A stretch of DNA of 42,639 bases from the IMG/VR virus record IMGVR_UViG_3300025687_000095, positions 1 to 42,639 of that record. One strand, written 5' to 3'. Positions 18,112-28,200 of the stretch are shown one piece after another. The translations under genes and the position numbers were made by a program. Positions within the stretch are counted from its first letter, which is position 1. Every line of letters begins with the position of its first letter. Under the pieces are notes generated by a model, which worked only from the letters and a program-made list of their open reading frames with translations, was not told where the DNA came from and did not search any database. The DNA comes from a virus (taxonomy: Duplodnaviria; Caudoviricetes).

Positions 18112-18694
18112 AACGCGCTACAACGGCTATCGCTTTCGTTCCCGCTTGGAAGCGCGCTGGGCCGTGTTTTTTGACACCCTGGGTATCGCATACGAATACG
18201 AACCCAACGGCTATGACACTCGCCATGGCTGGTATTTACCCGACTTTTATTTACCCGCCGTGCGCAATGGACTGTGGGTAGAGATTAAGGCCGACGCACC
18301 GAGCAAAGAGGAAGAAGACAAGCTCCACGACCTGTGTCGCGCCACCCAAAAGGCGGCGACCTTTCGCTGCGGTGACCCGTACTTGCACCACCACGGCAAC
18401 GACTTTGCCGATGGGGTCAAACTCTCCAGTGGCCGCAACCTGTTTGACACCACCTGGTTGATTGAACCGTACAACGGCAGCGAAGTGGGCTGGGACATTT
18501 CCTACATGTTTTGCGTGTGCCCCCAGTGCGGCAAGCCCGGTATGGAATTTGATGGGCGTGGCGCACGCGTTTGCGGCAATGCCTGCTTACCGGATGACGA
18601 CAAAGGATACAGCGCCGACGACGCACGTTTAGTTGTGGCGGCGACGGCAGCGCGCGAAGCGCGGTTTGAAAGCGCGCGGAGACGTGCCGCATGA
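18083..18694 (+). CDS. PD-(D/E)XK family nuclease-like protein
   Basis: 203 aa; FRSRLEARWA.FFD, YEYEP, YLPDF, WVEIK; C-terminal Cys cluster. Confidence 0.75.
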   Translation: MPEPTIQPIETRYNGYRFRSRLEARWAVFFDTLGIAYEYEPNGYDTRHGWYLPDFYLPAVRNGLWVEIKADAPSKEEEDKLHDLCRATQKAATFRCGDPYLHHHGNDFADGVKLSSGRNLFDTTWLIEPYNGSEVGWDISYMFCVCPQCGKPGMEFDGRGARVCGNACLPDDDKGYSADDARLVVAATAAREARFESARRRAA

Positions 18695-20460
18695 GCAAGC
18701 CGGTCCTGGCCTACGACATCGAGGTGTACCGCAATTACTTCCTGGTGTCGTTTCTCAACATCGTCACCAAAAACATCCTGCATTTCGAGATGTTTCCAGG
18801 GCATCCCCTGGATGCAGAGCGTGTGCTGAAAGTGCTGCGCGCCTTCACCCTGGTGAGCTTTAACGGCAACAACTTTGACCTACCGTTACTGAGCCTGGCC
18901 GTACAAGGCGCCGATTGCGAGAAGATCAAGTCTTACTCCGATCGCATCATCCTCAACAACCTGAAGTATTGGACCCTGGGGATTGATCCCATCGAGTGTG
19001 ACCACATCGACTTGATCGAAGTCGCCCCTGGTATGGCCAGCCTCAAGATTTACGGCGGTCGCATGCACGCCCCTAAGCTACAGGATTTGCCGATTGATCC
19101 GGACGCCGACATCAGTGCCGAAGATCGTGAGCAATTAAAGACATATTGCGAAAACGATTTACACACCACGGCTTTGCTTTACGAAACCCTGCTTCCGCAA
19201 ATCCAACTGCGTGAACAACTGGGCGAGAAATACCGCATGGACCTGCGCAGCAAATCCGATGCGCAAATTGCTGAAGCGGTGATCCGCAGCGAAGTCGAGC
19301 TGCTGCTCAACAACAAGCTGCGCAAGCCCGTGATCAAAGGCGGCCATGCCTTTCATTATGAAGTCCCGCACTTCATCTGGTTTCAAACCGAGCCGCCGCA
19401 ACGCGCCCTGGAGGTGATTCGTCAGACCACCTTCATGACTAACGATTCAGGCAGCGTCAAAAAACCGAAAGAGATCAGCGACCTCAAAGTCACCATCGGC
19501 AACAGCACGTATCAGATGGGCATTGGTGGTTTGCATTCCACCGAGAAGCGCGCAGCGCATGTGAGCGACGATGAGTACATCCTGGTTGATCGTGACGTGG
19601 CCAGTTATTACCCCTCCATCATTCTCAACTGTGGATTAAAGCCCGCGCAGATGGGAGATCACTTCACCAATGTCTACCGCGACATTGTGCGCAAACGTTT
19701 GGAAGCCAAGCGCAACGGCGACAAGGTAACGGCCGATAGCCTCAAGATCACCATTAACGGATCGTTTGGCAAATTCGGCTCGCCCTATTCGGTGCTGTAT
19801 TCGCCCGAGCTGCTGATTCAAACCACGCTTACCGGGCAACTGTCGCTGCTGATGCTGATCGAGATGCTGGAAAGCGAAGGCATCCCGGTGGTCAGCGCGA
19901 ACACCGACGGCATTGTGATCAAGTGCCCGCGCAATCTGCGCGCAATGATGGATTTCATCATCTGGGAATGGGAGATGCGCACCGGCTTTGAAACCGAAGA
20001 GACGCACTACACCGCCTTGTACTCACGCGATGTTAGTAACTACATCGCAATCAAAGACCAGGGTTACAAAGTCAAAGGTGCATACACCCCTGCCGCATTG
20101 CAGAAAAACCCCGTCAATGAAATTGTGACCGATGCCATCTTGGCCAAGCTCAAGTTTGGCCAAGACATTGCGCAGACCGTGCGCAACTGCGACGACATTC
20201 GCAAGTTTGTGACCATCCGCACTGTGAAAGGAGGTGCCGTTGACCAGGCAGGCCAGTTCCTGGGCAAAGCAATCCGCTGGTACTACGCCCATGGTGTGGA
20301 TGGTCCCCTGACCTACAAGATCAATGGCTACACCGTACCGCGCAGTGAAGGCGCCCGCCCCTTGATGGAGCTGCCAGACACGCTGCCGGACGACATTGAT
20401 TATGACTGGTACATCCAAGAAGCCCACTCCGTCCTCACAGAGATTGGGGCAGCGGCATGA
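18691..20460 (+). CDS. DNA polymerase, family B, with 3'-5' exonuclease
   Basis: 589 aa; DIE and FNG..FD exonuclease motifs, YC.ND, DVASYYPSII (motif A), K..INGSFGK (motif B), NTDG (motif C). Confidence 0.87.
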   Translation: MSKPVLAYDIEVYRNYFLVSFLNIVTKNILHFEMFPGHPLDAERVLKVLRAFTLVSFNGNNFDLPLLSLAVQGADCEKIKSYSDRIILNNLKYWTLGIDPIECDHIDLIEVAPGMASLKIYGGRMHAPKLQDLPIDPDADISAEDREQLKTYCENDLHTTALLYETLLPQIQLREQLGEKYRMDLRSKSDAQIAEAVIRSEVELLLNNKLRKPVIKGGHAFHYEVPHFIWFQTEPPQRALEVIRQTTFMTNDSGSVKKPKEISDLKVTIGNSTYQMGIGGLHSTEKRAAHVSDDEYILVDRDVASYYPSIILNCGLKPAQMGDHFTNVYRDIVRKRLEAKRNGDKVTADSLKITINGSFGKFGSPYSVLYSPELLIQTTLTGQLSLLMLIEMLESEGIPVVSANTDGIVIKCPRNLRAMMDFIIWEWEMRTGFETEETHYTALYSRDVSNYIAIKDQGYKVKGAYTPAALQKNPVNEIVTDAILAKLKFGQDIAQTVRNCDDIRKFVTIRTVKGGAVDQAGQFLGKAIRWYYAHGVDGPLTYKINGYTVPRSEGARPLMELPDTLPDDIDYDWYIQEAHSVLTEIGAAA

Positions 20461-20735
20461 GAGAGCGCGACATCGAGCAATACCTGGTGCAACGCGTGAA
20501 AGCCATGGGCGGCGAAGTGCGCAAAGTGCGCTGGGTCGGCCGCCGTGGCGCGCCGGATCGCCTGGTCATGCTGCCTGACCTGACCGTATGGGTCGAGCTA
20601 AAGGCCCCCGGCAAAACCCCGGAACCCCATCAGGTACGTGAACACGACCGCATGCGCGCCATGGGCCAACGCATCGCCGTAATTGATTCCCTCAACGCCG
20701 TCGAGGCGTTGTTAGACCACCCCAAGGAGAAGTGA
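20457..20735 (+). CDS. VRR-NUC nuclease
   Basis: 92 aa; E.DIE..L, G.PDR, VELKAPG, Q...H. Confidence 0.88.
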   Translation: MRERDIEQYLVQRVKAMGGEVRKVRWVGRRGAPDRLVMLPDLTVWVELKAPGKTPEPHQVREHDRMRAMGQRIAVIDSLNAVEALLDHPKEK

Positions 20736-20736
20736 A

Positions 20737-21120
20737 ATGGCCAAAGCATCTAAAGCCAAAAAGATTGAAAACATCGCACAAGCCGCACGCGACGCGAACC
20801 TTCCGCCAGGCACGGTGTACGCACGCCTGCGCAAAGGCTGGAGCTTGGAGCGCGCACTGAGCGAACCTGTGAACATCAAAAAGCGCAAGGACGCGGTGAA
20901 GAAAGCGGTAAAGAAAGCCGCAAGCAAGACTGCTGCAAACGAATCGCCCATGCTCAGCGTGGTCAATCCACTTGCTGCCGATCCTACTCCGCCTGCGCAT
21001 GAGGACCTGCCTTTGGTAGATCAATCCAAGCGCGACAGCACCGGCGCCATTTTCGCATTGCTTGCAATCGCTGCATTTGCGGCGGCCATGCTGACCTTGG
21101 CCATGGGGGTCGACGCATGA
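20737..21120 (+). CDS. Putative membrane-anchored DNA-binding protein
   Basis: 127 aa; TVYARLRKGWSLERALSEP, Lys/Ala-rich linker, hydrophobic C-terminal helix. Confidence 0.6.
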   Translation: MAKASKAKKIENIAQAARDANLPPGTVYARLRKGWSLERALSEPVNIKKRKDAVKKAVKKAASKTAANESPMLSVVNPLAADPTPPAHEDLPLVDQSKRDSTGAIFALLAIAAFAAAMLTLAMGVDA

Positions 21121-21281
21121 GCACTGCGGCGATTAAGCGCACTATGAAAGACAGCGCTTTGTTTTTATGGCACCTGTCGATTACGCCGTTTTATTTAGCC
21201 TCAATCGCCCTGGCAAGCGTGTTTGTGTTTGCAGCATTTGGCACGGCGGCGTTTGTTGAATTCTGGAAAAAGAACCAATGA
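21117..21281 (+). CDS. Small membrane protein (not in ORF track)
   Basis: 54 aa MSTAAIKRTMKDSALFLWHLSITPFYLASIALASVFVFAAFGTAAFVEFWKKNQ; ATGA overlaps at both ends. Confidence 0.6.
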   Translation: MSTAAIKRTMKDSALFLWHLSITPFYLASIALASVFVFAAFGTAAFVEFWKKNQ

Positions 21282-21706
21282 AGCCGGTAATCAAATCGAT
21301 CGATGAGCCGCGTTTTTATCGGTTGATGAGCGAAAGCGACATTGGCAAACGCTGGTTGCAATGGCACCGCGCCAACCCAGAGTTTTACGCGCTGTTTGAA
21401 CGCTTTTGTTTTGAAGCGATTGAACGTGGCAAAACTCGGTTGAGCGGATGGCTGGTGGCCAATCGTATTCGCTGGGAAACCAGCGTGGTGACACAAGGCG
21501 ACGACTTCAAAATCAACAATGATTTCGTCGCCTTATTCACACGCTTGTTTGCCGTGCGACACCCTCAGTACCAGTGGTTTTTCAAACTAAAGACTAGCAA
21601 GCGACTGGATTCCGACATCCTGCTGCGTGAATTGCAGCATCGACCTGCAGTCAATTGCGAAACCTGGGCAGACTCATTGGCACTAGGGGGAAAGACTTAC
21701 TCATGA
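21278..21706 (+). CDS. Hypothetical phage protein
   Basis: 142 aa; H..NP..Y..F, RIRWE, FKINN.F...RLF...HP motif; coupled at both ends. Confidence 0.65.
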   Translation: MKPVIKSIDEPRFYRLMSESDIGKRWLQWHRANPEFYALFERFCFEAIERGKTRLSGWLVANRIRWETSVVTQGDDFKINNDFVALFTRLFAVRHPQYQWFFKLKTSKRLDSDILLRELQHRPAVNCETWADSLALGGKTYS

Positions 21707-23097
21707 CCGCTCGCCAAACCTTTGTCCCGCGCCCCTACCAGACGCAGATCATCGAGCACATTCTTGATCATCCGCGTTGTGGCATTTGGGCAGGAATGGG
21801 AATGGGTAAAACCACCGCGACGCTTACGGCATTGAGCGCATTGGAATTGGTTGAACCCGGACCGGCGCTTGTGGTTGCGCCGTTGCGTGTTGCGCAATCA
21901 ACCTGGCCCAGCGAAGCGAAAAAGTGGGCGCACTTATCTGACGTGGAAATTGTTCCAATTGTCGGCACGCCTGCGCAACGCGCTGCTGCACTAAAGAAAG
22001 ACGCGCCGGTGTACACCACCAATTATGAAAACCTACCCAAACTGGTAGAGCATTTTGGCACTCGCTGGCCGTTCAAGAAGATCGTGGCCGACGAATCCAC
22101 CAAGCTCAAAGGTTTTCGTTTACGCCAGGGCGGCAAGCGCGCCCAGGCATTGGGCAAAGTGGCACATGCGCATGCCACACGCTTCATTGAATTGACCGGA
22201 ACACCCAGCCCCAACGGCCTGATCGACTTGTGGGGGCAAGCCTGGTTTCTTGATCGAGGCGAACGTTTGGGTCGGTCGTTTCGTGGGTTTACCGACCGTT
22301 GGTTTCGCTCTGAACGTGTCGGCGCCGACCCCCATGCAGTGAAGCTCGAACCCTACCCTCATGCGCGCGGTGAAATTGAGAACCGACTGCGCGATTTGTG
22401 CTTGTCTTTAGATGCGCGAGATTGGTTTGATATTCGTGAACCGATTGTCACCACCATTGAAGTCGACCTGCCTGACGCTGTGCGCAAGCTGTACAACGAC
22501 ATGGAACGCGAGATGTTTATGTCCTTCCAGGACAATGACATTGAAGCGTTTAACGCAGCGTCACGCACAATTAAGTGTTTGCAAATTGCCAATGGCGCTG
22601 TGTATGTCGACGAAGCGGCCTCGGCGTATGAAGAGGTGCATGACGCCAAGCTACAGGCCCTGGAAGAAGTGATTGAAGAAGCCGCCGGGATGCCGGTTTT
22701 GGTGTCCTACCATTTCAAATCCGACCTGGCCCGACTACAGAAGGCGTTTCCCAAAGGTCGTGTGCTCGACAAAGACCCGCAGACCATCGACGACTGGAAC
22801 GCTGGAAAAATCCCATTGCTGTTTGCCCACCCTGCTTCCGCCGGGCATGGCCTCAACCTCCAGGATGGCGGCAACATCCTGGCGTTCTTTGGCCATTGGT
22901 GGAACTTGGAAGAATTTCAACAAATTGTTGAGCGCATCGGCCCAACGCGCCAGGCACAAGCCGGGCACGACCGCCCTGTTTTTATCTACCACATCATCGC
23001 CCGCGATACCGTCGACGAACTGGTGATGGCCCGCCGCGAATCCAAGCGCGAGGTCCAGGACCTGTTGCTCGATGCGATGAAAAGGAATGCCCCGTGA
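21703..23097 (+). CDS. SNF2-family (SF2) helicase
   Basis: ATG 21703 overlapping the upstream stop; PRPYQ, GMGMGKT, DEST, LTGTP, HPASAGHGLNLQ motifs. Confidence 0.9.
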   Translation: MTARQTFVPRPYQTQIIEHILDHPRCGIWAGMGMGKTTATLTALSALELVEPGPALVVAPLRVAQSTWPSEAKKWAHLSDVEIVPIVGTPAQRAAALKKDAPVYTTNYENLPKLVEHFGTRWPFKKIVADESTKLKGFRLRQGGKRAQALGKVAHAHATRFIELTGTPSPNGLIDLWGQAWFLDRGERLGRSFRGFTDRWFRSERVGADPHAVKLEPYPHARGEIENRLRDLCLSLDARDWFDIREPIVTTIEVDLPDAVRKLYNDMEREMFMSFQDNDIEAFNAASRTIKCLQIANGAVYVDEAASAYEEVHDAKLQALEEVIEEAAGMPVLVSYHFKSDLARLQKAFPKGRVLDKDPQTIDDWNAGKIPLLFAHPASAGHGLNLQDGGNILAFFGHWWNLEEFQQIVERIGPTRQAQAGHDRPVFIYHIIARDTVDELVMARRESKREVQDLLLDAMKRNAP

Positions 23098-23369
23098 ACG
23101 AGAAAGTCATCCTTGAAGACCAACCAAACCTGACGGAAGTGCGTAGTCTGCTGCAGATGATGCAGACGATCACAGCGCCGAAAGACGCCCTCCCTACAGA
23201 CGGTCCGGCGACCATTCAGCAAGTCGCCGCATACTTCCAGGTTACCGAGAAGACGATTCGAGAATGGCAGAAGGAAAAGCCGAGCTTTCCAAAGCCTGCC
23301 AACTTTGGAAAGTCATTGCGCTGGGATGCGAGAAAAGTGCGGAATTATTGGAAAAAAGTCGCGGGTTAG
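23094..23369 (+). CDS. Excisionase / AlpA-like HTH protein
   Basis: 91 aa; TIQQVAAYFQVTEKTIREW...FPKP..G..LRW; convergent with the integrase. Confidence 0.75.
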   Translation: MNEKVILEDQPNLTEVRSLLQMMQTITAPKDALPTDGPATIQQVAAYFQVTEKTIREWQKEKPSFPKPANFGKSLRWDARKVRNYWKKVAG

Positions 23370-24499
23370 CGCATCACTTCATTTGCCCATTTCTCCATGA
23401 TGGGGCGTCGCAGCTCCAACATGTCTGAGCGCGCATAGGGGGACTCCACTTCGTCGTTGCGTTTGCGGTGGTCAATGCACACCTCAGCAATTTTCCATTC
23501 AATCCCCTGGTCCTGCGCCCAGGTGCGGAACGTGCTTCGGATACCGTGCGGGGTCCAATCCAATCCGCGTTTTTGTGTGAACTGATACAGCGCATTGTCG
23601 GAAATGGGCTTACCGCTTGTCGATGCAAACAACCAGCCCTCATCTGCATTCTCCAGTATTTCTTTCATTGGGTCAGTGAGCGGCACGCGGAACAAATCTC
23701 CCATCTTGGTGTACTGCGGCGGCACATCCCAGGATTGCGTCAAATCGTTTACCTGGTCGGTGTGGGCAAAGCGCGCCGTGCTCGTGCGCGTTACCGAAGC
23801 CGCAAGCCAACGGATTGCCCAATGTGAGACGTGCGAATAGCGCAATCCCTTGAGCAACTTCCGCAGGTCGTCGGGGTCCGGGGCGCGATGGTGTTCGGCT
23901 TTGTGCTTGTAGGGGGACAGGATCGCATTCATCAGCGCGGACGCCGCCGGGTTATCGGACCGATTGGCCTGGGCGGAAACCGACAGGATCACTTTTTCCA
24001 TGTACTGACGCGCCTTGAGTGCGGTCGGATGCTTGTCATGCCACAGCGGGCGCAGCACCTCAGCACAATCTCTGGGCGTCAACGACAGGACGGGTCGATC
24101 CTTGAGGACCGGGACAATGTACTGCTCAATGATGTTGTTCCACCGTTGCTCGGTTTTTGACACCGTACGATCTTCCGGAATCTTCCAGCCATTCTTTGCC
24201 AGGGACAGATACTGCTCTGCCGCCTCGCCAAAACTGATTCGGTCTAAGGGCGTTGGCTCGTTTTTGGTCAACTCACCAGTCACCAGCAATTCGTCGCGCC
24301 GCCTTTTCGCAGCCGCCAGGGTCGCCAATTCGTCGACATTGCCCAGGGTCACGAACTTGGTCTTCCCCAACTTATGCAGCCATGTCTTCCGCCCGTTAGG
24401 ACTGATGCGAATGAAGTATCCCTCCGCCACGTAATGACGCCCTGGCACGTCGAGTTTGCGCACTTCAGCATCGGACATACCTTTTCGCTTCACGGTCAT
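23366..24499 (-). CDS. int: Tyrosine integrase, P4 family
   Basis: ATG 24499 with GAGGA RBS (377 aa); arm-binding N-terminus; catalytic R, K, HGIR, H and Y (SPYARSD...RR.IM..W). Confidence 0.92.
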   Translation of the reverse strand: MTVKRKGMSDAEVRKLDVPGRHYVAEGYFIRISPNGRKTWLHKLGKTKFVTLGNVDELATLAAAKRRRDELLVTGELTKNEPTPLDRISFGEAAEQYLSLAKNGWKIPEDRTVSKTEQRWNNIIEQYIVPVLKDRPVLSLTPRDCAEVLRPLWHDKHPTALKARQYMEKVILSVSAQANRSDNPAASALMNAILSPYKHKAEHHRAPDPDDLRKLLKGLRYSHVSHWAIRWLAASVTRTSTARFAHTDQVNDLTQSWDVPPQYTKMGDLFRVPLTDPMKEILENADEGWLFASTSGKPISDNALYQFTQKRGLDWTPHGIRSTFRTWAQDQGIEWKIAEVCIDHRKRNDEVESPYARSDMLELRRPIMEKWANEVMR

Positions 24500-24529
24500 A
24501 AATTTCCTCAATTCCTGTTATCCGGGTTA

Positions 24530-24552
24530 GGCGTCCTATAGAGGAGTCGAAC
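24530..24552 (-). repeat. Second, degenerate tRNA-3'-like copy of the att core
   Basis: GTTCGACTCCTCTATAGGACGCC; 19 of 22 identical to 24746-24767. Confidence 0.6.
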
Positions 24553-24705
24553 TAGGGTTAGGCTCCCCTATAGCCGAATGTTAGCCAAAATGTTATCAAA
24601 AATCACGATAACATCGTGGCCAAAAGTTGATTGAGGTTTGAAGATCACCGGATAGGCACTCGCCGGAAACCCTTATGGGACAAGGAGTTTCCGGGAGATA
24701 GACAG

Positions 24706-24736
24706 AAAAAAACCCACATGCGCGAACATGTGGGTT
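24706..24736 (-). terminator. Terminator supplied downstream of the reconstituted tRNA
   Basis: Perfect 10-bp stem AACCCACATG/CATGTGGGTT plus T run, just after the CCA end. Confidence 0.8.
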
Positions 24737-24744
24737 CTTAAAAA

Positions 24745-24767
24745 TGGCGTCCCGTAGGGGAGTCGAA
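24745..24767 (-). other. attP core: 3' fragment of tRNA, probably tRNA-Glu (not a complete tRNA)
   Basis: TTCGACT-CCCCT-ACGGGAC-G-CCA = T loop, T stem, acceptor strand, discriminator, CCA; resembles proteobacterial tRNA-Glu ends. Confidence 0.82.
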
Positions 24768-24878
24768 TAGGATATTTATCCTATTGATTTGAAAGGGTTT
24801 TATAAGTCTTCAATTTAGATGTTAGCATCTGTGTTAGCAGTGCTTTTGGCGACCACCGCGTTACAGTAGGATGGTCGA

Positions 24879-25211
24879 ATGGTGTTTCTGCGAAAAACAT
24901 ACCTGTTCACCCTCGAACTCATTCATTTGTACGCGTGGATGAGCGTGCTGTTCACCATTGTTTACTTGGCTGGGTTGCCGTTTTTTGGTGACGTAACTTA
25001 CGACTTTAGCATCCCAAAAATATGGGTGTTGGTTGTCTATCCGATTTACGGCTTGGCCGGCGCCTTCAAAGTGATCTGGAAAGGTAGTCAGCTCAATTCC
25101 TTTGCATTCCGTACCAATGTCCCCTGGTGGGAGTACGTTTTATTGATTCCAGGCGCCACATTGGTTTTGTACAAAGACTTCTTTGCCAATAAAAAGCCAG
25201 ACTACTTCTGA
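24879..25211 (+). CDS. Membrane protein, moron-like, adjacent to attP
   Basis: 110 aa, about 3 hydrophobic helices, AGGA RBS, AT-richer than flanks, opposite strand to neighbours. Confidence 0.65.
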   Translation: MVFLRKTYLFTLELIHLYAWMSVLFTIVYLAGLPFFGDVTYDFSIPKIWVLVVYPIYGLAGAFKVIWKGSQLNSFAFRTNVPWWEYVLLIPGATLVLYKDFFANKKPDYF

Positions 25212-28200
25212 TTTTTCACTTCAACCTGTAGTGCTCGCATTCGAGCAATCCACTCCCGCATCATTTCTGAGCGGTTTTCTGATCCCTGAATAAGTTGCTT
25301 CCGCATATTCTTCAGCGAAGTTGAGCTGGGCACGTATTTCGGAATCTCGCCTTTTAGCAAACGCGCGACATCCGCCTTTGACATATTGGCAGAGAGTAGC
25401 GATTCGGCAATCTCCTGCTCGGAGAGTCGAAGGGCTTTTGCGGCGCGAACGGTTGCAATCATTTCTCGCCAGTTGCCTTCCCACAAAAGTCGGGATTGCT
25501 CATAGGCATTTGCCATACGGTCTGCGCCACCAATGTTGGGGTTCGTCAGCACGCTGCGAATCGGTCTACCCGCCTCGGCCTTGGCGTCTTTGAATTCCAT
25601 GGCCCGGAATTTCAACGCGGTGGTCATATCCAGGGTTGTGAAGCGGAAGCCGACCCAGGATAACGCTTCGTCACTGAGATCAAATACGCGCCCGGCAGCC
25701 GACTTCTCACCCAAGGCGGCCTTCATGGTCCGCTCTAGGTTTGTCAAAAACCCTGGCATAAGTTTCCCGGTCTTATCTGTTACCGGATAAACGCCGAACA
25801 AGTACCCGACTTGTTTCATGGTCTGAGTGAAGGTGTCGTCATATTCATTGTAAATCTTTCGACCAAACTCGTTTTGGTTATTCCACACCTCAGTAATCGC
25901 CTGGAATGTAATTTCCGGTGCCAGGAATGGGTCAAGCAGGGTTTTAATGCTGTCTGACAATTTGTCTTCAGCCGTTTTGTTGTTGCCGTTGAGCAGTGCT
26001 GTGACCGGCCCTTTCAGATAGGTATATGGGTCGAGATGCGACAGGTCGAGGTAGACCGGCATACCCTTATCGTCAAAACCTAGATACATGAGCTGCGCAT
26101 TGCGCTGCCACTCCGGAGCAATTTTGCGGATTGCTTCATCATCGTCATCACCAATACCGAACATGGCCATGGTCAATGCCGACAGCGCCTGGGCAGCCGA
26201 TGCTGCCAAAGCCAGTCCGGCAGCACGGCGAGTTGCCGCAGCCGTACGGCCCATGGCGATGTCTTCTTTCATGATGCCGAATAGGTGCCAGCTTGTACGC
26301 ATCATTTCCCATGGGAACGACACAAACGTACCGACCAATGGGAACCGACGCAGCCAGCGAATGGCTTTGGGCACCATGGAATAAGTCGGGTAACCGTTAC
26401 GAATACGTTCGGCGGCCAACTCTTCTGCACGTGCTTCGGGAATTCCGGACCGCATCAGCGATTTCTTTTCATTCTCGAAACCAACGATCTTGTGGAAATC
26501 GTCACCAGCGCGGTACACCTTGGTGGCAAAGTTCAAAATCTCCTTGGTCATGCGCACTGGCTTACTGCCCTTGAGCGTGTCCATGTCGGCCACTTCGTCC
26601 AACAACGCACGTAACTCACCAGCGTACGGGTTGTCATGCAGCACACCCATCTCTGCAAGTTTTGCCAAGTAAGCGCGACGATTCTGGTTTTTCTTACCGA
26701 TCCCAAGGTCGGACCAGGTATTCGCAGCGGCTTTCAGCGCATAGCCATAATTGAAATGGCCATTGGCAAACGCAAACATAAAGGCGCTGTAGAAGTTACG
26801 CGCACTGGTGGTTGGAGACAGTACCGTTTTACCGTATTTAACCGAACTATTGATTTTGAGGTAGAAGCGGAACCAACCGGACAACGGGTCTTGCTCAACG
26901 GCGTCTTTCAATGCCTGGGCAAATTCTGGCGTGGCGTAAAGGCCCGCAAGCGGTGCCATAGTGTTTCGGTCGGACGCAGTGATCTGAACGCTCATACGGC
27001 CAGATTCTTTCTTGGAAAGAAATACGCCCAGGTTGTCTTCGCGAATGCTTTTTAGGAAATGGTGATTTGCTACCAGCCAACTGAGCTTGCTCATGGTACG
27101 AACGAAATTCACACGGGCGTCTTTGTACTCGCCCATTAGCGCACGAATTTCTGGAGCAATATCCTTTCGCTTGCGGATGATGCTCAAGTCTTTCTGCCCG
27201 AGCTGCTGCGAATTCATAAACGCAGTCATGCTGCCGGTTTCAACGCCAACTCGCAGAATCTTGTTGATTAGGCCCTCTACACGGTCGGCGCGCTCAACCG
27301 AATCCATTTCACCATCCGGGTCCAGGCTCACTTCGATATACCGACGTGCGGCATCCATCGTGGCGCTGTCTTTGGCAACCTTATCCGGCCAGGTTGGGTC
27401 ATCAAAAACCTGGTAAGAACGGTTTAGGTAATGGCCTTTATTTCCTTCGATCGTCAGGTATGAACGAATCTTTGCCCCGACAATCGGGTCAATTGCCGCC
27501 CACTCCTCTTCCGCAACCTCTTCTCCGCGCACGGCTTTAGCAATGACCGCCAGTGCTTCGTTTTTGCGTTTCGGACTTAGGTCCTCCAGGCGATAGCGGA
27601 CTTCATCGAGTGTCGCTTGCTGCAAGCGGCTTGAGAGCATGTCGACGCTAGTGCGCATAAGGTCGATGCTTGCGCGTAGACCCGGAGCCAATTTGACCGG
27701 ATCGCCTTGCAACGCGGCATTGAGCATGAGCTTTTCAGCATCGCTAAGTTTTTCATACGGCTTGCCGAGCGTCTTTTTAACGTTATCCAGGAAGTCAGCA
27801 ACATAAAACTCGATGTTGATTTCATCGCGATTTTTCATGCCCATGCTTTCGATGCTGCGCTGGAACGCTTCATCCCCGAGCAAACCTTCTTTGAAGAAAA
27901 GGCGTTTGAACCCTGATGCCAGTTTGCTCTTGTCTTTTAGCGACGGGTGGTCGGATTGGACGGTAATGTCTTTACCATCCGCATCGCGACCGATAAACAC
28001 GGTCGTGGTATTACGACTGTTCTGGTTTTTAGTCGTTTTTGGCTTGCGCGCAAATCGTGCCGTAATCTCAACGTCGGCCCCATCGAAGATCACGTAGTTA
28101 TACGTGCCGCCAGTACGCTCTTCGCGAATGGCGTCGATCAGCTCCCGTGAAGCGTCATATCGTGAGATGTTGTCCGCCAAGGCTGCGGTGATGGCCTGCG

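Larger units (their letters stand above)
24578..24839. mobile_element. attP region with arm-type repeats flanking the core
   Basis: RTGTTAKC pairs at 24578/24590 and 24819/24831 (12-bp spacing in both), inverted copy at 24607-24614, core at 24745-24767. Confidence 0.7.

Noticed and set aside
24745-24767. Complete tRNA gene
   Set aside because: Only T loop to CCA is present; no D arm, anticodon arm or 5' acceptor strand.
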